A stretch of DNA of 64,000 nucleotides from Chloroflexota bacterium (lineage in GTDB: Bacteria; Chloroflexota; UBA11872; JBHOQS01): positions 79,299 to 143,298 of the forward strand of contig JBHOQS010000015.1 in NCBI GenBank assembly GCA_042408875.1, written 5' to 3'. Each line of letters opens with the position of its first letter. Within the stretch, counting starts at the first letter, position 1. The position numbers and the translations under genes were made by a program. The notes below the pieces were generated by a model. It made no database searches. It saw nothing but the letters and a program-made list of their open reading frames with translations, and had not been told where the DNA came from. Shown here in pieces: positions 18,892 to 27,684 of the stretch.

Positions 18892-20058
18892 CTAGCCCGT
18901 GCTCGGCAGCAGCACACCCGGCACTGGGCGCCGCTGCGCAGCAAGGATGTCTTCGTAATAGGCCAGGATACGCCTGGCGATGCGGTCCCAGGCATAGGCC
19001 TGCACGCGGCGCCGGCCAGCCTCGGCCAGCCGGGCCCGATAGCCGTCATCGGCAATCAGACGGGTCAGCGCCACCGCCAGCGCCGTCGCATCCCCAGGCG
19101 GCACCAGCAGGCCGGCCTCACCCGCCGCCAGGACTGTGCGATAGCCCTCAATGTTAGAGGCCACCACCGGCTTGCCCGCCGCCATGGCCTCCAGCAGGAC
19201 GATCCCCTGGCTCTCCCGGCCGATCGCCGGGGCGCAGAACAGATCGCAGGACTTATAGTAGCGGATCTTGTCCTCGGGCGAGACGAAGCCCTTGAAGAGC
19301 ACGTCGGTCAGACCAGCCTGCCGCACGAACGTCTCGTAGGCCGCGCGCTGCTCGGCCTCGAAGGCGCCGACCACGAGCAGGCGCACGCTGGGGAATTGCT
19401 GCTTCACGTACGTGAGCGCCTGAAGTAGGTAGAGCAGCCCCTTGCGCTTCTCCAGGCGCCCTACGAAGAGGATGTTCAGGTAACCGTCGCGCAGCTCTGG
19501 GAAGGGCGCCAGGCGCGGGTCGGCGAACTGCTCCAGGTCCACGCCGTTGGGAATGATCTCGTACGTGGCCGGGAAGTACGTGCTGATGAACCGCATGGCC
19601 GCCGTCGAGACAGCAATGCGCCCATGAAGCTTGGCGAAGTAGCGCGCCAAGATCGGCTTACCCAGGCGGTAGCCGGTGTAGGAGCGGCGCGCCGCATGGA
19701 AGGTCGCCACGTTGACGGTCGTGGAATGGCGCAGCACAGTAATCGGTACTGCTGGCGCGAACGGCTCGTGTAGATGGATAATATCGAAGTTCTCGGCGGC
19801 AAGGATCTGCTTCACCCGCCGGGAGAGGGTGAGCGACAGGTTGATGCGCGCCACCGCCTGATTGGCCGGCACACCAATGATCCGCTCTCCCACGCGGTAG
19901 AGGTTGTCGCACGGGAGCTCACGCTCGTCTTTCGAGGACGGCGCCAGAATGCGCACCTGGTGGCCCAGCCGCCGAAACTGCTGGTCAAGGTGCCGGATGT
20001 GCTCGGTGACGCCGCCCGGATAAGCAAAGTCGTATGGCGAGACCAGGGCGATCTTCAT
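18892..20058 (-). CDS. pimA: GT4 glycosyltransferase, PimA-like (phosphatidylinositol mannosyltransferase candidate)
   Basis: ORF 18892..20139 trimmed to ATG 20058 (ATGA overlap with upstream stop). MKIALVSPYDFAYPGGVTEHIRHLDQQFRRLGHQVRILAPSS resembles the N-terminus of mycobacterial PimA as I recall it (recalled, not aligned); C-terminal GT4 motif region. Confidence 0.8.
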   Translation of the reverse strand: MKIALVSPYDFAYPGGVTEHIRHLDQQFRRLGHQVRILAPSSKDERELPCDNLYRVGERIIGVPANQAVARINLSLTLSRRVKQILAAENFDIIHLHEPFAPAVPITVLRHSTTVNVATFHAARRSYTGYRLGKPILARYFAKLHGRIAVSTAAMRFISTYFPATYEIIPNGVDLEQFADPRLAPFPELRDGYLNILFVGRLEKRKGLLYLLQALTYVKQQFPSVRLLVVGAFEAEQRAAYETFVRQAGLTDVLFKGFVSPEDKIRYYKSCDLFCAPAIGRESQGIVLLEAMAAGKPVVASNIEGYRTVLAAGEAGLLVPPGDATALAVALTRLIADDGYRARLAEAGRRRVQAYAWDRIARRILAYYEDILAAQRRPVPGVLLPSTG

Positions 20059-21017
20059 GGGCGTTCCCCTGCAAGTGTACCGGCGGCCGACTGCGACGCG
20101 GTCTCTTCTGCTGGCCACATGCGACGGAACAGCACCCACTGGCCGGGATCGGCTGCGATCGCCCGCTCCATCATCTCGGCTAATCGCTGCGTCCCGGCGA
20201 TAAGGTCGGCAAGCTCATCTGCCGTGCGCGGCACCTGGAAGAGCGGCTCCACCCAGGCATGGAAGCGGTCACCCGGCAGGCGCCTGGCAAAGGCCATCGA
20301 GATAGGTGCGCCGCTCAGGCGCGCCAGGCCCGCCGGACCTTCCGGCAATCTAGTCGTGCGCCCGAAGAAGCGCACCGGCACGCCCTGTCCCCCGCGGGGT
20401 AGGAAGTCTGCTGCGATGCCGACGATCTCGTTTCGGCGGAGGGCTCGCAGCAATGTGCGCAGACTATTGTGCTCCGGTACGATATGCAGGCCCTTGCTCC
20501 CACGCAGGTGCACTAGCAGTTCCCACAGCCGCTGAGAGCGAGGCACCTCCATCGGCACCCACGCCTGAAACCCGTGCAAGGCGAAGTACTGCCCTACCCA
20601 GTCGATGTTGCCGTAGTGGGCCATGCAGAGCACCAGCCCTTTCCCTTCGCCCAGCGCGGCCTCGATATGCTCCCACCCCTCTATATGTAACACCCGGTCG
20701 AGCTCTTCGGCACGCAGCAGCGGGATACGAAACAGGTCGACGTAGTTCCGTGCTGCGGTGCGAAAGCAGCGGCGCATCGTCTGGTGCACCAGCCGTCTCT
20801 GCTCCTGAGGCGGCAGCGTGGCGAAGACCACCTGAAGGTTCGCGCAGAGGTTCCGCCGCGCCGGACGGGCCGCATAGCAGGCCCCCAGCGCGGCGGCATC
20901 GGCCAGGGCATAGGCAGCCCGGCGCGGCAGCTTCGGGACCGCCCAGGCCCCGGCGCGAAAAAGCCAGTACACGACCGTGTCGCTCAGGCGCTCCGCGGCC
21001 ACGGCCGTCTCACTCAT
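20055..21017 (-). CDS. Lysophospholipid/lipid A-type acyltransferase (LpxL/HtrB/PatA-like)
   Basis: 323 aa; HYGNIDW acyltransferase motif region; overlaps both neighbours by 4 nt. Confidence 0.8.
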   Translation of the reverse strand: MSETAVAAERLSDTVVYWLFRAGAWAVPKLPRRAAYALADAAALGACYAARPARRNLCANLQVVFATLPPQEQRRLVHQTMRRCFRTAARNYVDLFRIPLLRAEELDRVLHIEGWEHIEAALGEGKGLVLCMAHYGNIDWVGQYFALHGFQAWVPMEVPRSQRLWELLVHLRGSKGLHIVPEHNSLRTLLRALRRNEIVGIAADFLPRGGQGVPVRFFGRTTRLPEGPAGLARLSGAPISMAFARRLPGDRFHAWVEPLFQVPRTADELADLIAGTQRLAEMMERAIAADPGQWVLFRRMWPAEETASQSAAGTLAGERP

Positions 21018-21955
21018 GCGAGGCCGGTGCCCGCCTCAGGCTGCGCCGCCGGCCCTGGCGCTTCCAGAAGCCCGCGTTCCGCCGGCTGGACCGGCGCACT
21101 GGGCCACATCGGCCGGAACATGTACCACTGATCGGGATGCAGGCGGATAATCCCCTCCAGGCCCTGGACGATCTGCTGCATCAGCGCCTGGACCTCCTGC
21201 TCGAAGTTGCCCGTCGAGGCCGGGATGATCGGCGGCGCAATCACGCCGGAGTAGGTGTTGTCTCGGTTCCGCCACATGCCCATCGGCACGACCACCGCGC
21301 CCGTCTTTAGCGCCAGCGCCGCGGCGCCAGCCGGCACGTTCGTGCGCTGTCTGAAAAAGGTCACCTCGACACCGCTGGCGTCAACGGGCCGGTCGATCAG
21401 GAGGCCGACGATCTGGTTTCGCCGCAGCACCCGGAAGAGCTTGCGCGCTGCGCCGTCCACGTCGATCACTTCGATGCCAGTGTGCCGGCGGATGCCCTGG
21501 ACCAGCTCGTTGAGCTGGGGCGGCTTGAAGGTATCCGCCACCACAGTGACTTTGAAGGTACGGGCCAGGAACGCCGCGCCCACATCCCAGTTCCCGAAGT
21601 GCCCGCTGACGAAGATGACCCCCTTCCCGTGCGCCAGCGCCTCCTCCAGGTGCTCCCACCCGCGCACGTGCCGGACAGCGCGGGCGATCTCTTCGGGCGA
21701 GAGGTGCCGCAGGCGCAAGAACTCCGCCAGGTACTTGGTGTAGTTGCGCATAGAGCGCCGGGCGACGAGCTTGACCTGCGGATGGTCGGGCGGCAGACCA
21801 AGCACCTGGGCCATGTTCTGCAAGGTGATCTGGCTCTTCTCGCGCCACAGCCAGTAGAAGCACTCGCCGGCGATTACTGCGACCAGGTAGACCAGCCAGC
21901 TAGGCAGTACCTTCACCAGCGCGCTGCACACGCGCATCAGTACGTAGGTAAGCAT
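21014..21955 (-). CDS. Lysophospholipid/lipid A-type acyltransferase (LpxL/HtrB/PatA-like), paralog
   Basis: 313 aa; GHFGNWD motif; ATGA-type overlap with downstream acyltransferase. Confidence 0.8.
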   Translation of the reverse strand: MLTYVLMRVCSALVKVLPSWLVYLVAVIAGECFYWLWREKSQITLQNMAQVLGLPPDHPQVKLVARRSMRNYTKYLAEFLRLRHLSPEEIARAVRHVRGWEHLEEALAHGKGVIFVSGHFGNWDVGAAFLARTFKVTVVADTFKPPQLNELVQGIRRHTGIEVIDVDGAARKLFRVLRRNQIVGLLIDRPVDASGVEVTFFRQRTNVPAGAAALALKTGAVVVPMGMWRNRDNTYSGVIAPPIIPASTGNFEQEVQALMQQIVQGLEGIIRLHPDQWYMFRPMWPSAPVQPAERGLLEAPGPAAQPEAGTGLA

Positions 21956-22012
21956 ACCTTTCCCACCGCTCCCGTCCTGCGCCCACTCCTAAAGCACACG
22001 CCGTCTACGAGT

Positions 22013-23236
22013 CTACGAGCACTCACCTGCGTCGTTGTGGGGGCGTGCCTGGTCAGCGCCTGCGCCTTCGCTACTGCCGGCCCGTGCTGAGCGGGGACGT
22101 GCCCGCTCGGCTGCCGGGCCGCCCTCGCGCTCCGCCGCCGCGCGCAGCGTTGCCGAAGTCAGGTTTGACTCGCCACGGATAAACGCCTCGACGAGATTAC
22201 GCGCCTCGGTATCGCTGTACTGCACCGGCGGCGACTTCATGAAATACGCCGATGGCCCTAGCACTGTGCCAGCCAGCCCGCGATCCATCGCCAGCTTGCA
22301 GCAGCGCACCGCATCGATCACGACACCAGCAGAGTTCGGTGAGTCCCACACCTCCAGCTTGAGCTCGATGTTCAGCGGCACATCACCGAACGAGCGCCCT
22401 TCCAACCGGATGTACGCCCATTTGCGGTCGGCCAGCCACGGCACGTAGTCGCTGGGGCCGATGTGCACGTTCTCGGACCCGATGTCGTAATCGAGCTGTG
22501 AGGTCACCGCGTTGGTCTTGCTTTCTTTCTTGGAGGCCAACCGTGCGCGCTCGAGCATGTTCAGGAAGTCGGTATTGCCGCCCACGTTGAGCTGGTAGGT
22601 GCGCTCCAGGCGCACGCCGCGCTCACGGAACAGGTTCACGAGTACGCGGTGAAGGATCGTGGCGCCCACCTGCGACTTAATGTCATCACCGATCACCGGC
22701 AAGCCACGGCTCTCGAAGCGCCGTTGCCAGTACCGCTCGCGCGCGATGAACACAGGGATGCAGTTGACAAAGCCACAGCCGGCGTCGAGCACCTGCTCGA
22801 CATACCACTTGGTCGCTTCTTCTGATCCCACTGGCAGGTAGTTCACCACCACGTCGGTCCCGGTGTCTCGTAGGATCTCCACGATGTCATCGGTTGAACC
22901 CGGCGCTTTCCGGATGACCCCGGCCAGATACTGGCCGATGCCGTCGTGCGTCATACCCCGATACACCGGCACACCCAGGTGCGGGACATTGGCGAACTTT
23001 ACGGTATTGTTCGGCGCGGTGAAGATCGCCTCGCTCAGATCGCGGCCCACCTTGCGTTCATCGATGTCGAACGCAGCGCTGAACTCGATATCGCCGATGT
23101 GATAGCCACCCAGATCAACATGCATGAGCCCCGGCACGAACTCATCGGTCGGGGCATGGCGATAGTAATGAACACCCTGGACCAGTGCCGACGCGCAGTT
23201 GCCGACGCCGACGATCGCCACGCGAACCTTGCTCAC
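22013..23236 (-). CDS. ino1: myo-inositol-1-phosphate synthase
   Basis: [28 protein letters not shown] ... [22 protein letters not shown] ... [19 protein letters not shown], typical of bacterial/archaeal MIPS; GTG start with AGGAGA RBS; about 50-aa C-terminal tail beyond the usual end. Confidence 0.88.
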   Translation of the reverse strand: MSKVRVAIVGVGNCASALVQGVHYYRHAPTDEFVPGLMHVDLGGYHIGDIEFSAAFDIDERKVGRDLSEAIFTAPNNTVKFANVPHLGVPVYRGMTHDGIGQYLAGVIRKAPGSTDDIVEILRDTGTDVVVNYLPVGSEEATKWYVEQVLDAGCGFVNCIPVFIARERYWQRRFESRGLPVIGDDIKSQVGATILHRVLVNLFRERGVRLERTYQLNVGGNTDFLNMLERARLASKKESKTNAVTSQLDYDIGSENVHIGPSDYVPWLADRKWAYIRLEGRSFGDVPLNIELKLEVWDSPNSAGVVIDAVRCCKLAMDRGLAGTVLGPSAYFMKSPPVQYSDTEARNLVEAFIRGESNLTSATLRAAAEREGGPAAERARPRSARAGSSEGAGADQARPHNDAGECS

Positions 23237-23243
23237 CCACCGT

Positions 23244-23340
23244 CTCCTTTTATATTTATTTTATTATATTTATTTTTTTATTATATTATTTTTTATTATG
23301 CTATTTATGTTAGCTTGCATTATCTTTTGGTTGTATTATT
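23244..23340. promoter_or_regulatory. Extreme AT-rich island upstream of ino1 operon (probable promoter / unwinding element)
   Basis: About 95 bp almost entirely A/T in a GC-rich genome, directly upstream of the ino1 RBS and downstream of the ArsR gene stop. Confidence 0.5.
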
Positions 23341-23444
23341 GACTTCTCGTCCTAGCCCGGTTGCCCGGCGTCAAGCGTGCCGGGTATGCCCAGCACGGGC
23401 TCACGCCCAGGCAGTACGCCTGGCACACCGTCCAAGCCAGTGCC

Positions 23445-23831
23445 CTACCCAAGCGGCGCCTGTGCTTCCTCACCGACACGTGAAGTCCCGGCAGCGTTCT
23501 GGAGGCCTAGCTCGGGCACCGGCCCGCCTGCCGTGCCAGTGTAGACGAGCGCTTCGAGCTGCCGCAGGGCGCTGTGGAGGACAGCGTGGTCCAGCGTGCA
23601 GTAGACCTGCCGGCCCAGCTTCTGCGTGCGCACCAGCCCTGCCTTGCGCAGAATACGCAGGTGCCACGACATCAGCGGCTGGCTGATCCGCAGCGCACGC
23701 CCTAGCTCAGATACCGTCGTCTCGCCTGAGCGCGCCAGATGCTGCACCACCCGCAGGCGCGAGCGATCGCCCAGCGCCTTGAACAGCGCAGCCAGCTCGC
23801 GCAGCGCAGCCGCATCAGCCCCGCGTGACAT
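23445..23831 (-). CDS. ArsR/SmtB family transcriptional regulator
   Basis: LKALGDRSRLRVVQHLARSGETTVSELGRALRISQPLMSWHLRILRKAGLV winged-helix HTH typical of ArsR. Confidence 0.8.
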   Translation of the reverse strand: MSRGADAAALRELAALFKALGDRSRLRVVQHLARSGETTVSELGRALRISQPLMSWHLRILRKAGLVRTQKLGRQVYCTLDHAVLHSALRQLEALVYTGTAGGPVPELGLQNAAGTSRVGEEAQAPLG

Positions 23832-24195
23832 GCCGAACCGAACTCTTCCAGGTGACTCGTTCCGTCGCGCCTACCATCTCTCCGGTGCGCGCCCAGCCCG
23901 GATGCATCAAGCGGCGTTGATCAAACAAGTATTGAATAAACGACTATTAATTAAACACTCGTTGATGCATTCCAGCGTGTATGCTACCGTAGCGCTGGAC
24001 GCCTGTCAAGCACAGCGCCTGCGGCCGTGGGTCAGGGCGAGGGCTGCCCGGCGCGCCGCCGGCAGCGCCCGCTGGAGGTGCCAGCGGGCCGCTTGCATCC
24101 CTCGCCAGAACGGCCTACCATAGCAGCCGAAGGCTAGCTGCCGAACGCTGGCGGCTACAGGCTACACATCAGGAACGCAGTGCGATTGGCTCGCC

Positions 24196-24231
24196 GCAGC
24201 GATCGCTGGACCGGCAGCGATCGCTGGACCG
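24196..24231. repeat. Two tandem 18-bp repeats each containing the perfect palindrome CAGCGATCGCTG
   Basis: gcagcgatcgctggaccg x2 immediately upstream of the GGAGG RBS of the E1 alpha gene. Confidence 0.7.
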
Positions 24232-24252
24232 GCAGCGAAGGAGGCAGGACCG

Positions 24253-25257
24253 ATGGCCACGACTGTGCCCCGCACGCAGCTTGAGATCCAGGAGCTCGGC
24301 CTCGACCGCGCCAGGCTGGCCTGGATGTACCGCACGATGCTGCGCATCCGCCGCTTCGAGGAGCGGGTGAAGCAGCTCTTCCGGGACGCTCGCCTGCGTG
24401 GCAGCGTGCACCTGTATATCGGCGAAGAGGCCGTGGCGACCGGTGCCTGCGCCGCGTTGCGCCCGGACGATTACATCACCAGCACCCACCGCGGCCATGG
24501 CCACTGTATCGCCAAGGGGGGCCGGCTCGATCGTATGATGGCCGAGCTCTACGGACGTGAGACCGGCTACTGCAAGGGCAAGGGCGGCTCGATGCACATC
24601 GCCGACCTGGACTCCGGGATCCTGGGGGCCAACGGGATCGTCGGCGCAGGCATCCCTATCGCCGCCGGCGCGGCCCTGGGGGCACGCATTTTGGGGCGAG
24701 ACCGAGTCGCGCTCGCCTTCTTCGGCGATGGGGGTGCCAACCAGGGCGCCTTCCACGAGGGTATCAACTTCGCCGCGGTGCAGAAGCTGCCGGTCGTGTT
24801 CGTCTGCGAGAATAACCTGTACTCGCAGACCACACCGAACAAGTACACTATCGCCGGCGGCTCAGTAGCGCGCCGCGCCGAGGCATACGGCATCCCCGGC
24901 GAGCAGGTGGATGGCCAGGACGTGCTGGCAGTATACCGCGCGGTTAAGGCGGCCGTGGACCGCGCCCGCGCCGGCCAGGGGCCCTCGCTGATCGAGTGCT
25001 TGACCTACCGCTTCGAGGGGCACTTCCTGGGCGACCCCGAGACGTACCGCTCGCGTGAAGAGGTGCAGGAGTGGCGCGAGAAGCGTGATCCGATCCCGCT
25101 CTTCGCCGCCAAGCTGATCGCGGCCGGCCAGTTCTCGCAGGCCGAGCTCGACCAGATGGACCAGGAGGTGCTGGCCGAGGTCGAGGACGCGGTGCGCTTC
25201 GCCGAGAGCAGCCCGCTGCCACGCCTCGAGGCGCTCTGGGAAGATGTGTATGCCTGA
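24253..25257 (+). CDS. Thiamine-diphosphate-dependent 2-oxoacid (pyruvate/acetoin-type) dehydrogenase E1 alpha subunit
   Basis: GDGGANQGAFHEGINFAA ... YRFEGH TPP-binding E1 alpha signatures. Confidence 0.9.
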   Translation: MATTVPRTQLEIQELGLDRARLAWMYRTMLRIRRFEERVKQLFRDARLRGSVHLYIGEEAVATGACAALRPDDYITSTHRGHGHCIAKGGRLDRMMAELYGRETGYCKGKGGSMHIADLDSGILGANGIVGAGIPIAAGAALGARILGRDRVALAFFGDGGANQGAFHEGINFAAVQKLPVVFVCENNLYSQTTPNKYTIAGGSVARRAEAYGIPGEQVDGQDVLAVYRAVKAAVDRARAGQGPSLIECLTYRFEGHFLGDPETYRSREEVQEWREKRDPIPLFAAKLIAAGQFSQAELDQMDQEVLAEVEDAVRFAESSPLPRLEALWEDVYA

Positions 25258-25332
25258 GCATGAGCCTGGGCGCAGCGTGAGCCCAGGCTCAAGTGGACGC
25301 GAGCATGTGCAGTGGCGGGGAAGGGAGCACCG

Positions 25333-26304
25333 ATGCGTGAGATAACCTACTCTCAGGCGCTGAACGAAGCGCTGCGCGAAGAGATGCTGCGCGACCCGGC
25401 GGTCTTCCTCATCGGCGAGGACCTGATCCAGCCGACCTACGGTGTAACGCGCGGTCTCTATGAGGAATTCGGGCCGCAGCGCGTGATCTGCACGCCGATC
25501 TCCGAGGTCGCCATCGCTGGCGCGGCCACGGGCGCGGCGGTGGTGGGCGCCAGGCCGGTGGCCGAGATCATGTACTCCGACTTCTCCACCATCGCCATGG
25601 ACCAGATCGTCAACCAGGCGGCCAAGATGCGCTACATGTTCGGCGGCAAGGCACGGGTGCCGTGGGTCATGCGCATGACTACCGGCGCCGGCCGCGGCAA
25701 TGCCGCCCAGCACATGCAGAGCCTGGAAGCCTGGTTCGTGCATGTGCCCGGCCTGAAGGTCGTGCTCCCCTCAACGCCATACGACGCCAAGGGCCTGCTG
25801 AAGAGCTCCATCCGCGATGACAATCCGGTCATCTTCCTGGAGCACAAGCTGCTCTATGCCACCAAGGGCCCGGTGCCTGAAGGCGAGTATACGGTGCCGC
25901 TGGGCAAGGCCGACATCAAACGCCGTGGCGAGCACGTGACCATCGTTGCCACCTCGCGGCAGGTGCTTTTCGCCCTCGAGGCCGCCGACAAGCTGGCTGA
26001 AGAGGGTATCTCGGCCGAGGTGATCGATCCCCGCTCGCTCATGCCGCTTGACAAGGAGACGATCCTGGAGTCGGTGAAGCGTACCCACCGCGCGGTAGTC
26101 GTGCATGAGGCCGTCGAGCGCGGCGGCGTGGCCAACTGGATCGCTTCGATCATCCAGGAAGAGGTCTTCGATTACCTGGATGCGCCGGTTGTACGCGTCT
26201 GTGGCGAGAATGTGCCCATTCCCTTCGCCCAGAACCTGGAAGCTGCGGCCATCCCGAACCCCGAGCGCATCGCTGAGGCTGTGCGGAAGATCACGATTTT
26301 GTGA
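25333..26304 (+). CDS. 2-oxoacid dehydrogenase E1 beta subunit (transketolase-like)
   Basis: ORF 25312..26304 trimmed to ATG 25333 with AAGGGAG RBS; MREITYSQALNEALREEM ... typical E1 beta. Confidence 0.9.
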   Translation: MREITYSQALNEALREEMLRDPAVFLIGEDLIQPTYGVTRGLYEEFGPQRVICTPISEVAIAGAATGAAVVGARPVAEIMYSDFSTIAMDQIVNQAAKMRYMFGGKARVPWVMRMTTGAGRGNAAQHMQSLEAWFVHVPGLKVVLPSTPYDAKGLLKSSIRDDNPVIFLEHKLLYATKGPVPEGEYTVPLGKADIKRRGEHVTIVATSRQVLFALEAADKLAEEGISAEVIDPRSLMPLDKETILESVKRTHRAVVVHEAVERGGVANWIASIIQEEVFDYLDAPVVRVCGENVPIPFAQNLEAAAIPNPERIAEAVRKITIL

Positions 26305-26366
26305 GCGATCCCACCCTCCCGCGCGGGCAGGAGCTGGGGTGGGGTAACTACAACTACAGGTGCTCC

Positions 26367-27671
26367 ATGCCATCGCCGTTGACGATGCCGCAGCTCGGCA
26401 TCACCATGACTGAGGGAAAGATCACGCGCTGGCTCAAGCGCGAGGGTGACACTGTCTCTGCCGGAGAGCCGGTGTGCGAGATTGAGACCGACAAGATCAG
26501 CACGACCGTCGAGGCAACGACGGCCGGCACGCTCGGGCGCATCCTGGTCCCGGAGGGCGCCAGCGCCCCGGTTGCGGCGCCCATCGCCCTGATCCTGGCA
26601 CCGGGAGAGTCGCTGGAGGGCGCCCCGACCGCCCCCGCGGCGGTGACCGCAGGGCCCAGGCCGCCTGCCGCGCAGAGCGCCGCGGAGCCAGCCGCCGGCG
26701 TGGCTGTCGCGGAAGCCGCTGCGCCGGCAGCTCCGGCCGAAGTCGAGCGGGTGCGCGCGACGCCGATGGCCCGGCGGGTGGCTGAAGAGCTCGGCATCGA
26801 CCTGCGTACCGTGCGCGGCAGCGGCCCGCACGGCCGTATCGTCGAGGCCGATGTGCGCCGTGCTGCTGCTGAGCGAGCGGCCGCAGCGCCTGCTGCTGCC
26901 GCGGCCGCGCCACCGCCGGTGATGCCACCCCCCGCCCCGGCCGCGCCAGCCCCGGCGGCTCCGCCGGCCATCCGTACGATCCCTCTGACCGGGATGCGCC
27001 GCACGATCGCCCGGCGGATGCTAGAGAGCCTTCAGCAGTCGGCGCAGCTCACCCTCACCACCGAGGCCGACGCCACGGCACTCGTGGCGGCGCGCACTCG
27101 GCTGGTCGAGGACTGGCAGGCCGTCGCGCGCGCGCAGGGCCAGGAGACGCGCGGGCCCAGCTACAACGACCTGCTGATCAAGCTCTGCGCTCGCGCGCTC
27201 ACTGAGCACCCCATGCTCAATGCGCGCCTTGCCGGCGACCAGATCGAACTGCTCGCCGAGGTGCACATCGGCCTGGCTGTGGCCCTGGACGATGGCCTGA
27301 TCGTGCCGGTCGTGCGCAACGCCCACCAGAAAGACCTGCGCCAGATCGCCGCCGAGACGGCCGAACTGGTGCAGCGAGCGCGCACTGGCATGCTCACTCT
27401 CGACGAGATCACCGGCGGCACGTTCACGATCACCAACCTGGGCATGTACGATGTGGACTTCTTTACACCGATCCTGAACCCGCCGGAATGTGCCATCCTG
27501 GGTGTCGGGCGCATCGTGGACCGCCTGGTGCCCTCGCCTGCCGGGCCTGTCACGCGTCAGTTCATGCCGCTGAGCCTGACGTTCGACCACCGTATCGTGG
27601 ACGGCGCACCTGCTGCACGGTTTCTCCAGCGGATCAAGCAACTGATCGAAGACCCGGTGCTGGCCCTGTGA
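26367..27671 (+). CDS. Dihydrolipoamide acyltransferase E2 (lipoyl, E3-binding and catalytic domains)
   Basis: ORF 26301..27671 trimmed to ATG 26367 (MPSPLTMPQLGITMTEG); lipoyl-lysine motif EIETDKIST; Ala/Pro linkers; catalytic DHRIVDGA. Confidence 0.85.
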   Translation: MPSPLTMPQLGITMTEGKITRWLKREGDTVSAGEPVCEIETDKISTTVEATTAGTLGRILVPEGASAPVAAPIALILAPGESLEGAPTAPAAVTAGPRPPAAQSAAEPAAGVAVAEAAAPAAPAEVERVRATPMARRVAEELGIDLRTVRGSGPHGRIVEADVRRAAAERAAAAPAAAAAAPPPVMPPPAPAAPAPAAPPAIRTIPLTGMRRTIARRMLESLQQSAQLTLTTEADATALVAARTRLVEDWQAVARAQGQETRGPSYNDLLIKLCARALTEHPMLNARLAGDQIELLAEVHIGLAVALDDGLIVPVVRNAHQKDLRQIAAETAELVQRARTGMLTLDEITGGTFTITNLGMYDVDFFTPILNPPECAILGVGRIVDRLVPSPAGPVTRQFMPLSLTFDHRIVDGAPAARFLQRIKQLIEDPVLAL

Positions 27672-27684
27672 AGGAGAGAGTGCA

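Noticed and set aside
22946-23686. 246-aa plus-strand ORF spanning the AT-rich island
   Set aside because: It is antisense to ino1 and the ArsR gene, and its middle is the AT-rich tract translated as [17 protein letters not shown]; an artefact of stop-poor frames.
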